DNA of 49,410 bases from Candidatus Woesearchaeota archaeon (GTDB lineage Archaea > Nanobdellota > Nanobdellia > Woesearchaeales > UBA525), in the NCBI GenBank assembly GCA_014874255.1, contig JACWAN010000015.1, positions 1-49,410 on the forward strand, in the 5' to 3' direction. Below the pieces are notes generated by a model. That model was not told where the DNA came from, ran no database searches, and saw only the letters and a program-made list of their open reading frames with translations. The translations under genes and the position numbers were made by a program. Positions 41,517-49,410 of this stretch are shown here, in pieces (within the stretch, counting starts at the first letter, position 1; each line of letters begins with the position of its first letter).

Positions 41517-43646
41517 ATGCGTGGGCAGGCAGCGGCAGCGTTCTTCTTCATCCTTCTCCTCGCGCTACCGTTCGTGTCCGCGGCGGCGTGCACCGCCGCC
41601 GACACCCCGCTCGCCGACCTGAACCCCGCGGCCGCGCGCGTCGCTCTCGGCACGACGCTCGACGGCACGTTCACCGTCGGGAACAACGTCTCCGCGCAGC
41701 TCGGTTTCACCCCCCTGACGCCGGAACGGAACATCACCTTCGACGCGTCGTCGGGAGCGTTCTCCTTCACGCCCTCGGGCGCGGAGAACGCGACGCGCAT
41801 CCTCTTCTATGCGGTATCGCCGGACGGCTGCGTCGCGACGCGGCTCGCCACGTACGCGGTCCTCAAGCCTCCGGCCATCACGGCGACGCCGATTGGCACG
41901 CGGATCACCATCCCCGAAGCGCGCGCGACGCTCTTCTCCGCGACCGCTTCCGGCGCAGCATCGACGGAATGGCTGCTCGACGGCGCGCCCGTGAACGGCT
42001 CGAACGAGAGCTTCCTCTACGTGCCCGACTACAACGCGGCGGGCAGCCACAACGTCACGTTCGAGGCGACGAGCACGGACGGCATCACCGCGAGCGAGGC
42101 GTGGAACGTCACCGTGACGAACGTCAACCGGCCGCCCGTCCAGGTCGCGACGATCATGCCCGTGCTGCTGCCGGTCGGCGGCGACTACCTCCTCAACCTG
42201 AGCGCGTACTTCATGGACCCGGACAAGGGGCCGCTCGCCTTCACGGCCATGATCGACGAGCCGCCGGCGCAGTACGTCGCCCCGGCGAACGTCACGGTCA
42301 TCATCGACGGCAGCGATGCGGTCGTCACCGGCAACGCGCCCGGCAAGTCGTTCGTCCGTTTCGCCGCGACCGACAACGGCAACGCCTCGGTCGAGAGCCC
42401 GCCGGTCATGTACATCGTCTCCGACACGCGGGCAGGCATCCCCTCCGTGCCGTACTGCGGCGACAAGATGTGCCTCGCCCCCGAGAACTGCTCGACGTGC
42501 AGCAAGGACTGCGGCGGCTGCGAGGCCACGACGTGCACGCCGCAATGGAACTGCACGGACTGGGGCGACTGCCTTCCCGGCGGCTACCAGTACCGGAACT
42601 GCACGGTCGTCAACGGTTGCGAGAACGCGACCGTGAAGCCACCCATGGCGCAGACGTGCGACTACGCGCCGACCTGCTTCGACGGGATCAGGAACGGGAA
42701 CGAGTCCGGCGTCGATTGCGGCGGCCCGTGCGGCGCGTGCCCCTCCTGCTCTGATGCGGTGCGGAACCAGGGCGAGTCCGGTATTGATTGCGGCGGCCCG
42801 TGCGGCCCGTGCCCTTCCTGCTCCGACGGCATCAGGAACCAAGGGGAATCGGACGTCGATTGCGGCGGCCCGTGCGGCCCGTGCGCCGCCGGCGAGCGTT
42901 GCATGAAGCCGACGGACTGCGGTTCCTTGTCATGCGTCGACAGGGTCTGCGCGCAGCCGAACTGCTCCGATGGGGTGCGGAACCAGGGCGAGTCCGGTAT
43001 TGATTGCGGCGGTCCTTGTGCTGCGTGCCCGACGTGTTCCGATGGGGTGCGGAACCAGGGCGAGATCCTCCCGGACTGCGGAGGGCCGTGCCGCGCCTGC
43101 GCGCTGCACGACTACGCGCCCATCATCATCCGCTGGACCCTGCTCGCGGCGATGGCGCTCCTCCTCCTCGGCATCCTCTACTTCCTCCGCGCAATCCTCA
43201 CGTCGCGCCTCCTCTTCCTCCTCCAGAACCGGAAGACGATCCACTTCTTCTACGAGGACGCGCCCACGTACGCGCTCGTCCGCTCATGGAATTCGTTCGC
43301 GCGCCACTTCCGTTTCGACCGCCACAAGGCCTTCGGCTCGCTCGTCGACCAGACCTACAACGAGGTCGTCGGGCTCCGGCGGCTGCCCCCCGAAGCGCTC
43401 CGGCCGGCCTTGATTGGCCGGCTCCGCGGCCTCTACGCGGCGCTGCTCGACCTCTCGCCCGGCTTCGAGTACGACCTGCTCCTCTACTCCCTGAAGCGAG
43501 CGCGGCTGCCCTTCGCGGTGAAGGTCATCCTGCTCCGCAACACGAAGACGCTCTCCCTCATAGAATTGACGCAGCTCTACAGCGACCCTGGCTTCGCCCT
43601 CGAGGACGTGCTCCGCGGACTGGGCGAGCTGAAGAAGGCGTTCTGA
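41517..43646 (+). CDS. Large surface protein: signal peptide, Ig-like region, Cys-rich repeat array, TM, cytoplasmic tail
   Basis: Signal peptide AAFFFILLLALPFVSAAA. Many N-x-S/T sequons. Five 24-aa CS/FDG[IV]RNQGESG[IV]DCGGPCxxC repeats. TM (IIIRWTLLAAMALLLLGILYFL). About 190-aa tail. Confidence 0.8.
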   Translation: MRGQAAAAFFFILLLALPFVSAAACTAADTPLADLNPAAARVALGTTLDGTFTVGNNVSAQLGFTPLTPERNITFDASSGAFSFTPSGAENATRILFYAVSPDGCVATRLATYAVLKPPAITATPIGTRITIPEARATLFSATASGAASTEWLLDGAPVNGSNESFLYVPDYNAAGSHNVTFEATSTDGITASEAWNVTVTNVNRPPVQVATIMPVLLPVGGDYLLNLSAYFMDPDKGPLAFTAMIDEPPAQYVAPANVTVIIDGSDAVVTGNAPGKSFVRFAATDNGNASVESPPVMYIVSDTRAGIPSVPYCGDKMCLAPENCSTCSKDCGGCEATTCTPQWNCTDWGDCLPGGYQYRNCTVVNGCENATVKPPMAQTCDYAPTCFDGIRNGNESGVDCGGPCGACPSCSDAVRNQGESGIDCGGPCGPCPSCSDGIRNQGESDVDCGGPCGPCAAGERCMKPTDCGSLSCVDRVCAQPNCSDGVRNQGESGIDCGGPCAACPTCSDGVRNQGEILPDCGGPCRACALHDYAPIIIRWTLLAAMALLLLGILYFLRAILTSRLLFLLQNRKTIHFFYEDAPTYALVRSWNSFARHFRFDRHKAFGSLVDQTYNEVVGLRRLPPEALRPALIGRLRGLYAALLDLSPGFEYDLLLYSLKRARLPFAVKVILLRNTKTLSLIELTQLYSDPGFALEDVLRGLGELKKAF

Positions 43647-43648
43647 GA

Positions 43649-44521
43649 TCAGTTGGCGCGGCTCAGATGCGTGTGCGTTTCCGGCGGGAAGGCGAGGAAT
43701 GCGCTGTTGTCCAACGTGAGGCCGTCCTCGCCGCAGAGAATCCCTTCACGGAGATTTCCGAGCCTGAGTTGCCGGTATTGGACGACGCCCGGTGTCGGTT
43801 CCTTATACGCGACCGCCAACGCATACTTGGCGCGATAGAATTTCCTGCTCGCGTAAGTGAGCAGTTCCTGTGCGCCCTTGGGCGAGAACCAGGCGCTTAA
43901 CGTCGAGTCCTGTCGGAGGCGATTGAGCGGCTGTTCCCATGCGCGCGTCTCTTGCGCGAGGGCCAACGGCCGTATCACCGCGTGCGGCTTCGCCTGGAGC
44001 TCGTGGCCACGCACCAAACTCGTCTCTACGACATATTCATCGTATGAGAAGAGGAGCAGTTGCTTCCCGCGCAGGTCCTTGCCGCGCAGCACCTGGTTGA
44101 GTACCTGCGGATCGACGCCGTACAATCCTTCCTTGGCGCGTTCCTCGAGCCGTCGCCGGATCCGTTCTCCCCGGAAGAGATTGGTGCCTGTGGGGTGGAT
44201 CGTCACGACGACCGGCTCGCCTGCCTTCACCTGGTGGCTGTCTCTCTGCGCGAATCCTCGGAGCTCCACGCTGCTCGTCACATACGTGGGCTGCATCGTC
44301 CTGTTCTCGTGGCGGAGAACGAGCCCGAGGGCCAGCGGCAGGGTCGTGATCGCGTGCTCTTTCTCCCCTTCGCCCCATGCGTAGTCCCACGCCGCCCGCT
44401 CGCCGTTCCACACGTACTGCTTGCCCCAGTACTGCTGCAGATGGTTGCCGAAAAGGCCGCGCGGGATGCTGGGCACGTACTCCTCGAAGCAGACATCGCT
44501 GATATCAACGCCGGTCGTCAT
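43649..44521 (-). CDS. Hypothetical protein
   Basis: 290-aa ORF with non-shadow-like composition. AT-rich TATA-like AAAGTATTTATTCC lies upstream. No family recognised. Confidence 0.5.
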   Translation of the reverse strand: MTTGVDISDVCFEEYVPSIPRGLFGNHLQQYWGKQYVWNGERAAWDYAWGEGEKEHAITTLPLALGLVLRHENRTMQPTYVTSSVELRGFAQRDSHQVKAGEPVVVTIHPTGTNLFRGERIRRRLEERAKEGLYGVDPQVLNQVLRGKDLRGKQLLLFSYDEYVVETSLVRGHELQAKPHAVIRPLALAQETRAWEQPLNRLRQDSTLSAWFSPKGAQELLTYASRKFYRAKYALAVAYKEPTPGVVQYRQLRLGNLREGILCGEDGLTLDNSAFLAFPPETHTHLSRAN

Positions 44522-44587
44522 CGTTGGCGCAGCCGTTGGCGGCTACAGGAATAAATACTTTTCGCGTCTCCACTCCGCAGTAATCGT

Positions 44588-44905
44588 CTATTCGAACACG
44601 CACGGCGGCGGCCGGGCGGAGACGAGGGTCTCTTCGAAGAGGCTCAGTTCGAGCACACGGTTTTCCGGGAAGAGGTTCTCGATGCCTTGCAGCAGGCCGC
44701 GTAACCGATACGGGTCCTCGACGACGAGGCCGAACTCGAGGAACGGGTCGCCGACGTATTCCGCGACGAACGAGACGTTCGGATGCGCCGCGAGATGACG
44801 GATGATTTGGCCGCTCAGCGCGCACATCATCACATTCTCCAGAACGAGGATTATGGTGATTTCTTGCGATTCAACAACTATGAACTGCACCCCTCCAACT
44901 TTCAT
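44588..44905 (-). CDS. Hypothetical small protein
   Basis: 105-aa ORF in a lower-GC patch. No promoter or SD signal seen. Weak call. Confidence 0.3.
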   Translation of the reverse strand: MKVGGVQFIVVESQEITIILVLENVMMCALSGQIIRHLAAHPNVSFVAEYVGDPFLEFGLVVEDPYRLRGLLQGIENLFPENRVLELSLFEETLVSARPPPCVFE

Positions 44906-45016
44906 CCCGATCTCTACAAGTGGTTCTACCGAGAAGGGTCTCCGGTCCAGTATGACGAACTAATTGCGGCAGAGCACCAATGCGATCTCCTGGGAATGAG
45001 GACGAAGAAATTTTTT

Positions 45017-45367
45017 TCAGATCACTTCCAGCCGCTCGAGGTAGTTCGCGAGCCCTTCGATCTGCCGCACCTCGGTGAACGTCAAGAGTTGCCGTACCCG
45101 GTTGTTCACCCGTATCCCGCGCCGTCCGCATTCGTGGAAGAAGTAGTGGTAGAGCTCCTTCCCGTGGCGGTCCAGGTCGGTGAGGATGATTACCTCCTCC
45201 TCGTCGATCTCCTCCACCACCTTGTAGAGCGGCTTGTTCAGCGTCCGGATGTTCTGGAAGCCGAGCCGCTCCAACGCGCGCTTGTCGTTCTTCCCTTCGA
45301 CGATCGTCAGCCGCTCGCGGTTCTCCTCAAGAGCTGACATCAGCTGTTCCTGCATGGCCTGGTTCAT
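45017..45367 (-). CDS. Small Toprim-domain protein
   Basis: IVEGKNDKRALERLG and ILTDLDRHGKEL (Toprim E..DxD). 4-nt overlap with the upstream peptidase gene. Confidence 0.8.
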   Translation of the reverse strand: MNQAMQEQLMSALEENRERLTIVEGKNDKRALERLGFQNIRTLNKPLYKVVEEIDEEEVIILTDLDRHGKELYHYFFHECGRRGIRVNNRVRQLLTFTEVRQIEGLANYLERLEVI

Positions 45368-46578
45368 AGCCGCAACACCCTTCCCATCCGCGTCAAGTCC
45401 TTGTAGCCTGTCGTTGTGACGAGAATCGTGTTCTCGAGCCGGACCCCTCCGGTCGCGCGGTAGTAGAGCCCGGGCTCGACCGTGATGATCATCCCTGCCT
45501 GCAGCACCTCCGTCCCTTGTTCGTGGAGCGACGGCGCCTCGTGGATCTCCAAACCAAGGCCGTGCCCGGTCGAATGGATATAGCCCTCTTCCGTCGTCGT
45601 CTCGTATCCGCGTCTCGCGAAGACGCCGACGACCGCCTTATGGATCGCGCCGGTCTTGACGCCCGCCTTCACCTTCTTCAGGCCGGCGTCCTGCGCTTCC
45701 CTGACCGCATCCCACTGCTTCCGCAGCGCGTCTCCGGGTTTTCCTTTGCAGACGGTGCGCGTCATGTCGAACCAGTACCCCGTCGCCATGCTCCGCGGGA
45801 AGAAATCCATCACTATCGGTTCGCCCGCCCTGATCGCACCCGTCCCTTCCTCGTGCGGGTACGCGGACTGGACGCCGTGGCTGATGATCATCTCCGCGGA
45901 TTCGCACCCCTCCTCGATGAGGAGTTTTCTCGCTTCCGCGCGGAGGTATTCCGAGGTCACTTTTTTCCCCTTGTACAGGAGTTCTTTCCTCGCGTTCACC
46001 CCGCTTCCCTTGATGATTGCGGTGCAGCGCGCCATCGCCTTGACCGTCGCGTTCCTCACCTTCAGGATTTCCTCGAGTTCATCTTTCCGTTTGACGGCGC
46101 GATCGTACAACGGTTTCGTCGCGAGCGCGACCCCGACACCCGTTTTCCGGAGCTGCTCGACGTGGACCGCCAACGCGCTCCTCGGCATCGTCACGTTCTT
46201 GATGCGACGCTCTTTCAGGTAGGCGGCGGCGATGAGCGCGAGGACCGAGCCTTTCCGGACTTTTGTCCCTTTCCGCTGCCGCAGCTTCTTGATTTGTTCA
46301 TAGTACTTGTCGAAGAGGACGACGCGGAAGCCCTTCCTGCCGCGCAGCGCGCGCTTCGCGCGGCCGTACTCCAGCGAGGAGACGAGGACGTACCGTTTCG
46401 TGCCGGTGTCGAGAAGGATGAACGGGTCGGTGATCGCCAGCCCCGTGGCGTACCGCATCTCCGCGTCCGTCGATGCTGCGATGAGTAGCTTGGCGGCCAA
46501 CAATCCCCACGCTCCAAGCCGTTCCCCTGATTCCCTCCTATTTATTGTTTGTGTTCGACGGAAAATATGGACAGGCAT
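45364..46578 (-). CDS. M24-family Xaa-Pro peptidase
   Basis: VMDFFPR..YWFDMTRT, HSTGHGLGLEIHE, ITVEPGLY, VRLENTILVT metal-ligand motifs. Start uncertain (ATG 46578, or in-frame TTG near 46505, or ATG 46458). Confidence 0.85.
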   Translation of the reverse strand: MPVHIFRRTQTINRRESGERLGAWGLLAAKLLIAASTDAEMRYATGLAITDPFILLDTGTKRYVLVSSLEYGRAKRALRGRKGFRVVLFDKYYEQIKKLRQRKGTKVRKGSVLALIAAAYLKERRIKNVTMPRSALAVHVEQLRKTGVGVALATKPLYDRAVKRKDELEEILKVRNATVKAMARCTAIIKGSGVNARKELLYKGKKVTSEYLRAEARKLLIEEGCESAEMIISHGVQSAYPHEEGTGAIRAGEPIVMDFFPRSMATGYWFDMTRTVCKGKPGDALRKQWDAVREAQDAGLKKVKAGVKTGAIHKAVVGVFARRGYETTTEEGYIHSTGHGLGLEIHEAPSLHEQGTEVLQAGMIITVEPGLYYRATGGVRLENTILVTTTGYKDLTRMGRVLRL

Positions 46579-46603
46579 TTTTTGTTCTTCGATCCCGATT
46601 CTT

Positions 46604-46855
46604 CGAGGGACGCCGCGGAGAGTCCCTTCTCAGTCGCTCTCTGAGCTCCTGATCCTCGCGTTCTCCGAACACGAGTCTCAGTCACTTCGTTCAGTCGCTC
46701 GCGCTCCTGACCCCCTCGTCTGGCTCGTGGTTCCTGGGTTCCGCCGCTACAGAGCCGGAACCTCCCTCCGGTCCGAGGCTTTGTCGGGCGCTCGCGATTA
46801 TGGCGCTGCGGCGCCATGTTCGCGCCCAGGTCCTGTGCCAAGGCGGCGCCCCTCG
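46604..46855 (-). repeat. Family-B repeat, two R plus L modules
   Basis: Closing helix CGAGGGACGCCGC / GCGGCGCCCCTCG. Over the shared blocks its reverse complement is nearly identical to 21330-21480. Confidence 0.85.
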
Positions 46856-46917
46856 ATGAGTGTTTGCCTTCTGCGCCGATGGCGCTTTTCCCGACACCTT
46901 TCCCCGATGACGAGCAA

Positions 46918-46930
46918 CACTTAAAAAGGG
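46918..46930 (+). promoter_or_regulatory. TATA-like box of ubiB
   Basis: CACTTAAAAAGGG lies about 26 nt upstream of ATG 46950. Confidence 0.5.
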
Positions 46931-46949
46931 CCGTTCCTCAGGCGGAAGC

Positions 46950-48629
46950 ATGGCTTCGTTCCGGCGCGATATCAAGGATTTCGAGCGGCTGCGCGAGATC
47001 GCCACGATCCTCGTCAAGCAGGGGTTCCACAGCCTGTTGCTCGAGGCGAAGCTCGCCAAGCACGCCCGGATCAGCGCGCGGATCGTCCACGGCGCCAAGC
47101 GAGCGGAGGGCACGCCCGCACGTGTCCGCGAGACGCTCGAGCAGCTCGGCCCCACCTTCGTCAAGCTCGGCCAGGTGCTCTCCCTCCGGCCGGACCTCGT
47201 CCCACCCGAATACTGCGAGGAGTTCAAGAAGCTCCAGGACCGCGTGGAGCCGCTCCCCTTCCCCATCATCAAGGCGGCCATCGAGACCGAGCTGAAGCAG
47301 CCGCTCATGAAGCTCTTCAAGACGTTCGACCACAACCCGTTGGCCGCTGCATCCGTCAGCCAGGTCCACGCGGCCATGCTCAAGGACGGCACGGCCGTCG
47401 TGGTGAAGGTCCAGCGGCCAGGCATCCGCGACCGGATGGAGCGCGACATCGACATCATGGAGTACCTCGCGGCGAAGCTCGACCGCCACATCAAGAGCGT
47501 CAGCGCCGTCGCGATCGTCGACGAGTTCAAGCAGTACACGGAGAAGGAGCTGGATTTCACGTTCGAGCTGCGCAACGTGAAACGCTTCCGGGACTACTTC
47601 GCCGAGAAGAAGAACGTCGTCATCCCCGAGCCGTTCGCGGAGCTCTCGACGGGCAAGGTGATGACGCTCCAGCGGATCAGGGGCGTGCGCGTCAGCGACA
47701 AGGCGCGCCTGAAGAAGGACGGGTACTCGCTCCCCAACCTGGCGCGGATTGGCTTGCGTGCGGTCGTCGACCAGGTCTTCGAACTCGGCGTCTTCCACGC
47801 GGACCCGCACCCCGGCAACCTCATCGCGCTCCACCACGGGGGAGAGGAGGCGCTCGCCTTCATCGACTTCGGCATCGTCGGCTTCGTCGACGACGAGCTG
47901 CGGTGGCGGTTCCTCGAGTTGCTCCGCGCGATGGTCGACCGTGATGCGCGGGACGTGACGCGGACAGTCTTCAGGATTGCGGAGACCGGTCCCCGGTGCG
48001 ACCGGCGCGCCTTCGAGAAGGACGTCGCCGCGGCGCTCGACGAATGGCACGGCGCCACGCTCCGCGAGGAGCGAATGAGCCTCTTCCTCTACAAGATTCT
48101 CGACGCGGCGATGCGCAACGACGTCCACTTCCCCGCGAACATCGTCCTGGTGGCGAAGGCGTTCCTCACCATCGAGGGCGCAGGCTCGTGGCTCGACCCC
48201 GACCTCAACATCACCGTGGAGGTGAAGCCGCTCATCGACCAGCTGCTCCGCAAGCGCTTCGGGCCGCGCCAGGTCGCGAAGGACCTCGCGGGCACGGCGC
48301 GCGACCTCCACGACGTGCTCCAGGACGTGCCCCTCGCCGCGGAGGCGCTCATCGACCGCGTCAAGGACGGCAAGGTCGAGCTCACCTTCGACCGGAGCGA
48401 GTTCCGCCGCATCGAGCACGACTACGACCTCGAGATGTCCAAGCGGAACCTCGCCATCGTCACCGTCGCGTTCCTCTTCAGCGGGGTGCTCCTCGCCGGG
48501 TTGGCGCGCGACCTCCTCTTCTTCGGCGTGGCGCTCTATATCTGGGCATTCGTCCTGTTCCTCATCTCGTTCTCGTTCTTCTTTCTCGTCTCCATCAAAA
48601 TTCATAAATACCTCCAGCAACGGCTCTGA
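46950..48629 (+). CDS. ubiB: UbiB/ABC1 atypical kinase family protein
   Basis: LGPTFVKLGQVLSLRPDLVPPEY, AAASVSQVHAA, VVVKVQRPGI, HADPHPGN. Two C-terminal TMs. Confidence 0.9.
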   Translation: MASFRRDIKDFERLREIATILVKQGFHSLLLEAKLAKHARISARIVHGAKRAEGTPARVRETLEQLGPTFVKLGQVLSLRPDLVPPEYCEEFKKLQDRVEPLPFPIIKAAIETELKQPLMKLFKTFDHNPLAAASVSQVHAAMLKDGTAVVVKVQRPGIRDRMERDIDIMEYLAAKLDRHIKSVSAVAIVDEFKQYTEKELDFTFELRNVKRFRDYFAEKKNVVIPEPFAELSTGKVMTLQRIRGVRVSDKARLKKDGYSLPNLARIGLRAVVDQVFELGVFHADPHPGNLIALHHGGEEALAFIDFGIVGFVDDELRWRFLELLRAMVDRDARDVTRTVFRIAETGPRCDRRAFEKDVAAALDEWHGATLREERMSLFLYKILDAAMRNDVHFPANIVLVAKAFLTIEGAGSWLDPDLNITVEVKPLIDQLLRKRFGPRQVAKDLAGTARDLHDVLQDVPLAAEALIDRVKDGKVELTFDRSEFRRIEHDYDLEMSKRNLAIVTVAFLFSGVLLAGLARDLLFFGVALYIWAFVLFLISFSFFFLVSIKIHKYLQQRL

Positions 48630-48670
48630 GAGGAGCAACCGCTTCGGAACGATCGAACAAAGGTGATACC

Positions 48671-49177
48671 ATGAAAGACGTGCTGATGGACATGTTCAAG
48701 CTGGGAGTGGGCGCCGCTGATTTGACCCGCGAGCAGGCGGAGGCGCTCGTCGCCAGGCTCCAGGAGCGGTACAAGGACGAGATCACGGACGGACGGGCGA
48801 TGGTGGACGACCTGCTCAAGCAGGCCGAAGAGAACTCGCAGAAGTTCCGCGCCCGCGTCAAGAGCGAGGTCGACAAGGCGATCCAGGAGCAGAAGCTCGT
48901 CGACGAGCAGGACCTGAAAGAGCTCGCGGCGAACGTCGAAGAGCTGGCGAGGACGACGCAGAAGGTCGCCGTCCAGGCGGCGAAGAACGCGGCGAAAGCG
49001 GCGAAACAGGCGGCCAAGGAAGCGATGAAGCAGGCGAAGGCCGCGGCGAAGAAGCCCGCGAAGCCGAAGAGAGCGAAGAAGCCCGCGAAGAAGGTCAAGA
49101 ACGCCGCGAAGAAAGCCGCCAAGAAGAAAGCGAAGAAGCCCGCGAAGAAGGCGGGGCGCGCGAAGAAACGGAGATAA
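48671..49177 (+). CDS. Phasin-like N-domain protein with Lys/Ala-rich histone H1-like tail
   Basis: The N-terminus MKDVLMDMFKLGVGAADLTREQAEALV.. resembles the phasin/COG3937 pattern. The C-terminus carries AAKKPAKPKRAKKPAKKVKNAAKKAAKKKAKKPAKK. AGGTGA lies 4 nt upstream of the ATG. Confidence 0.7.
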   Translation: MKDVLMDMFKLGVGAADLTREQAEALVARLQERYKDEITDGRAMVDDLLKQAEENSQKFRARVKSEVDKAIQEQKLVDEQDLKELAANVEELARTTQKVAVQAAKNAAKAAKQAAKEAMKQAKAAAKKPAKPKRAKKPAKKVKNAAKKAAKKKAKKPAKKAGRAKKRR

Positions 49178-49238
49178 ACTAATTTTCTCCAAGATTTTCA
49201 TCCTCCCCCGCGTTTCTTTTTTTCCTAACGTTCTTCTT

Positions 49239-49410
49239 GAGGAATGCCGCCTTGGAGTAAAACCAGAAAATGCACCGATTCGCACGGAAGCTACATGCTT
49301 CCGGCGCGCCGGTACCCTAGAACGCATCGCGTTCGGGTTCCCGGAGCGGAGCTCAAGGGTACTTCGTACCGTGCGCACGCAGGCGAATTTTCGCACTACG
49401 ATGCGAGGGG
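49239..49410 (+). repeat. Family-B repeat, long-L form (truncated by window end)
   Basis: GAGGAATGCCGCCTTGGAGTAAAACCAGAAAATGCACCGATTCGCACGGAAGC parallels 21163-21215. Confidence 0.75.

Noticed and set aside
44783-45337. Plus-strand ORF of 184 aa overlapping the Toprim gene.
   Set aside because: It is antisense to a gene with clear Toprim motifs and has no promoter or SD signal.
1-49410. Whether the recurring repeats form a CRISPR array.
   Set aside because: The repeats are 105-335 nt, dispersed singly in separate intergenic regions, occur in both orientations and lack regular spacers. No cas genes are present.

Overview
High-GC (by eye roughly 60-65%) archaeal chromosomal segment. The archaeal assignment rests on Orc1/Cdc6, PolD DP1+DP2, aIF2-beta and Hef, and on TATA-like boxes about 25 nt upstream of many start codons, which implies mostly leaderless mRNAs. 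I support 42 tightly packed CDS:
- bacterial-type LeuRS
- a cluster of membrane-anchored CxxC thiol-disulfide oxidoreductases with a type I signal peptidase
- a Bat/MoxR-DUF58-vWA cluster
- a HerA-like ATPase operon with two Nudix-fold proteins
- an HAD phosphatase, a 2-phosphoglycerate-kinase-like protein and a histidine phosphatase
- a KaiC-like ATPase and a beta-propeller protein
- the oriC-cdc6-polD block, TraB, an M50-like membrane protein and Hef
- a large Cys-rich surface protein, a Toprim protein, an M24 peptidase, UbiB and a phasin/H1-like protein

I found no rRNA, tRNA or CRISPR array by eye.

The most striking signal is non-coding. Almost every intergenic spacer longer than about 100 nt holds a GC-rich hairpin-forming repeat, about 21 copies covering roughly 3.5-4 kb.
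- Family A is a 165-bp MITE with 15-bp TIRs (GGCTCTTAGGCAAAT). Three of five copies keep 9-bp target-site duplications.
- Family B is a modular 105-335 nt element with at least 12 copies. Its closing helix differs in sequence between copies but is always self-complementary, and an internal hairpin shows compensatory changes.
- Hybrid elements share a common core with both families.

Other leads are a predicted oriC with ORB-like boxes, the HerA-Nudix operon, a DP1 whose phosphoesterase motif I reads DPQ, long polypyrimidine tracts 3' of genes, and a lower-GC islet encoding a protein with a sigma-70 region-4-like HTH.

All functional calls come from motif recognition by eye. No database search was run.
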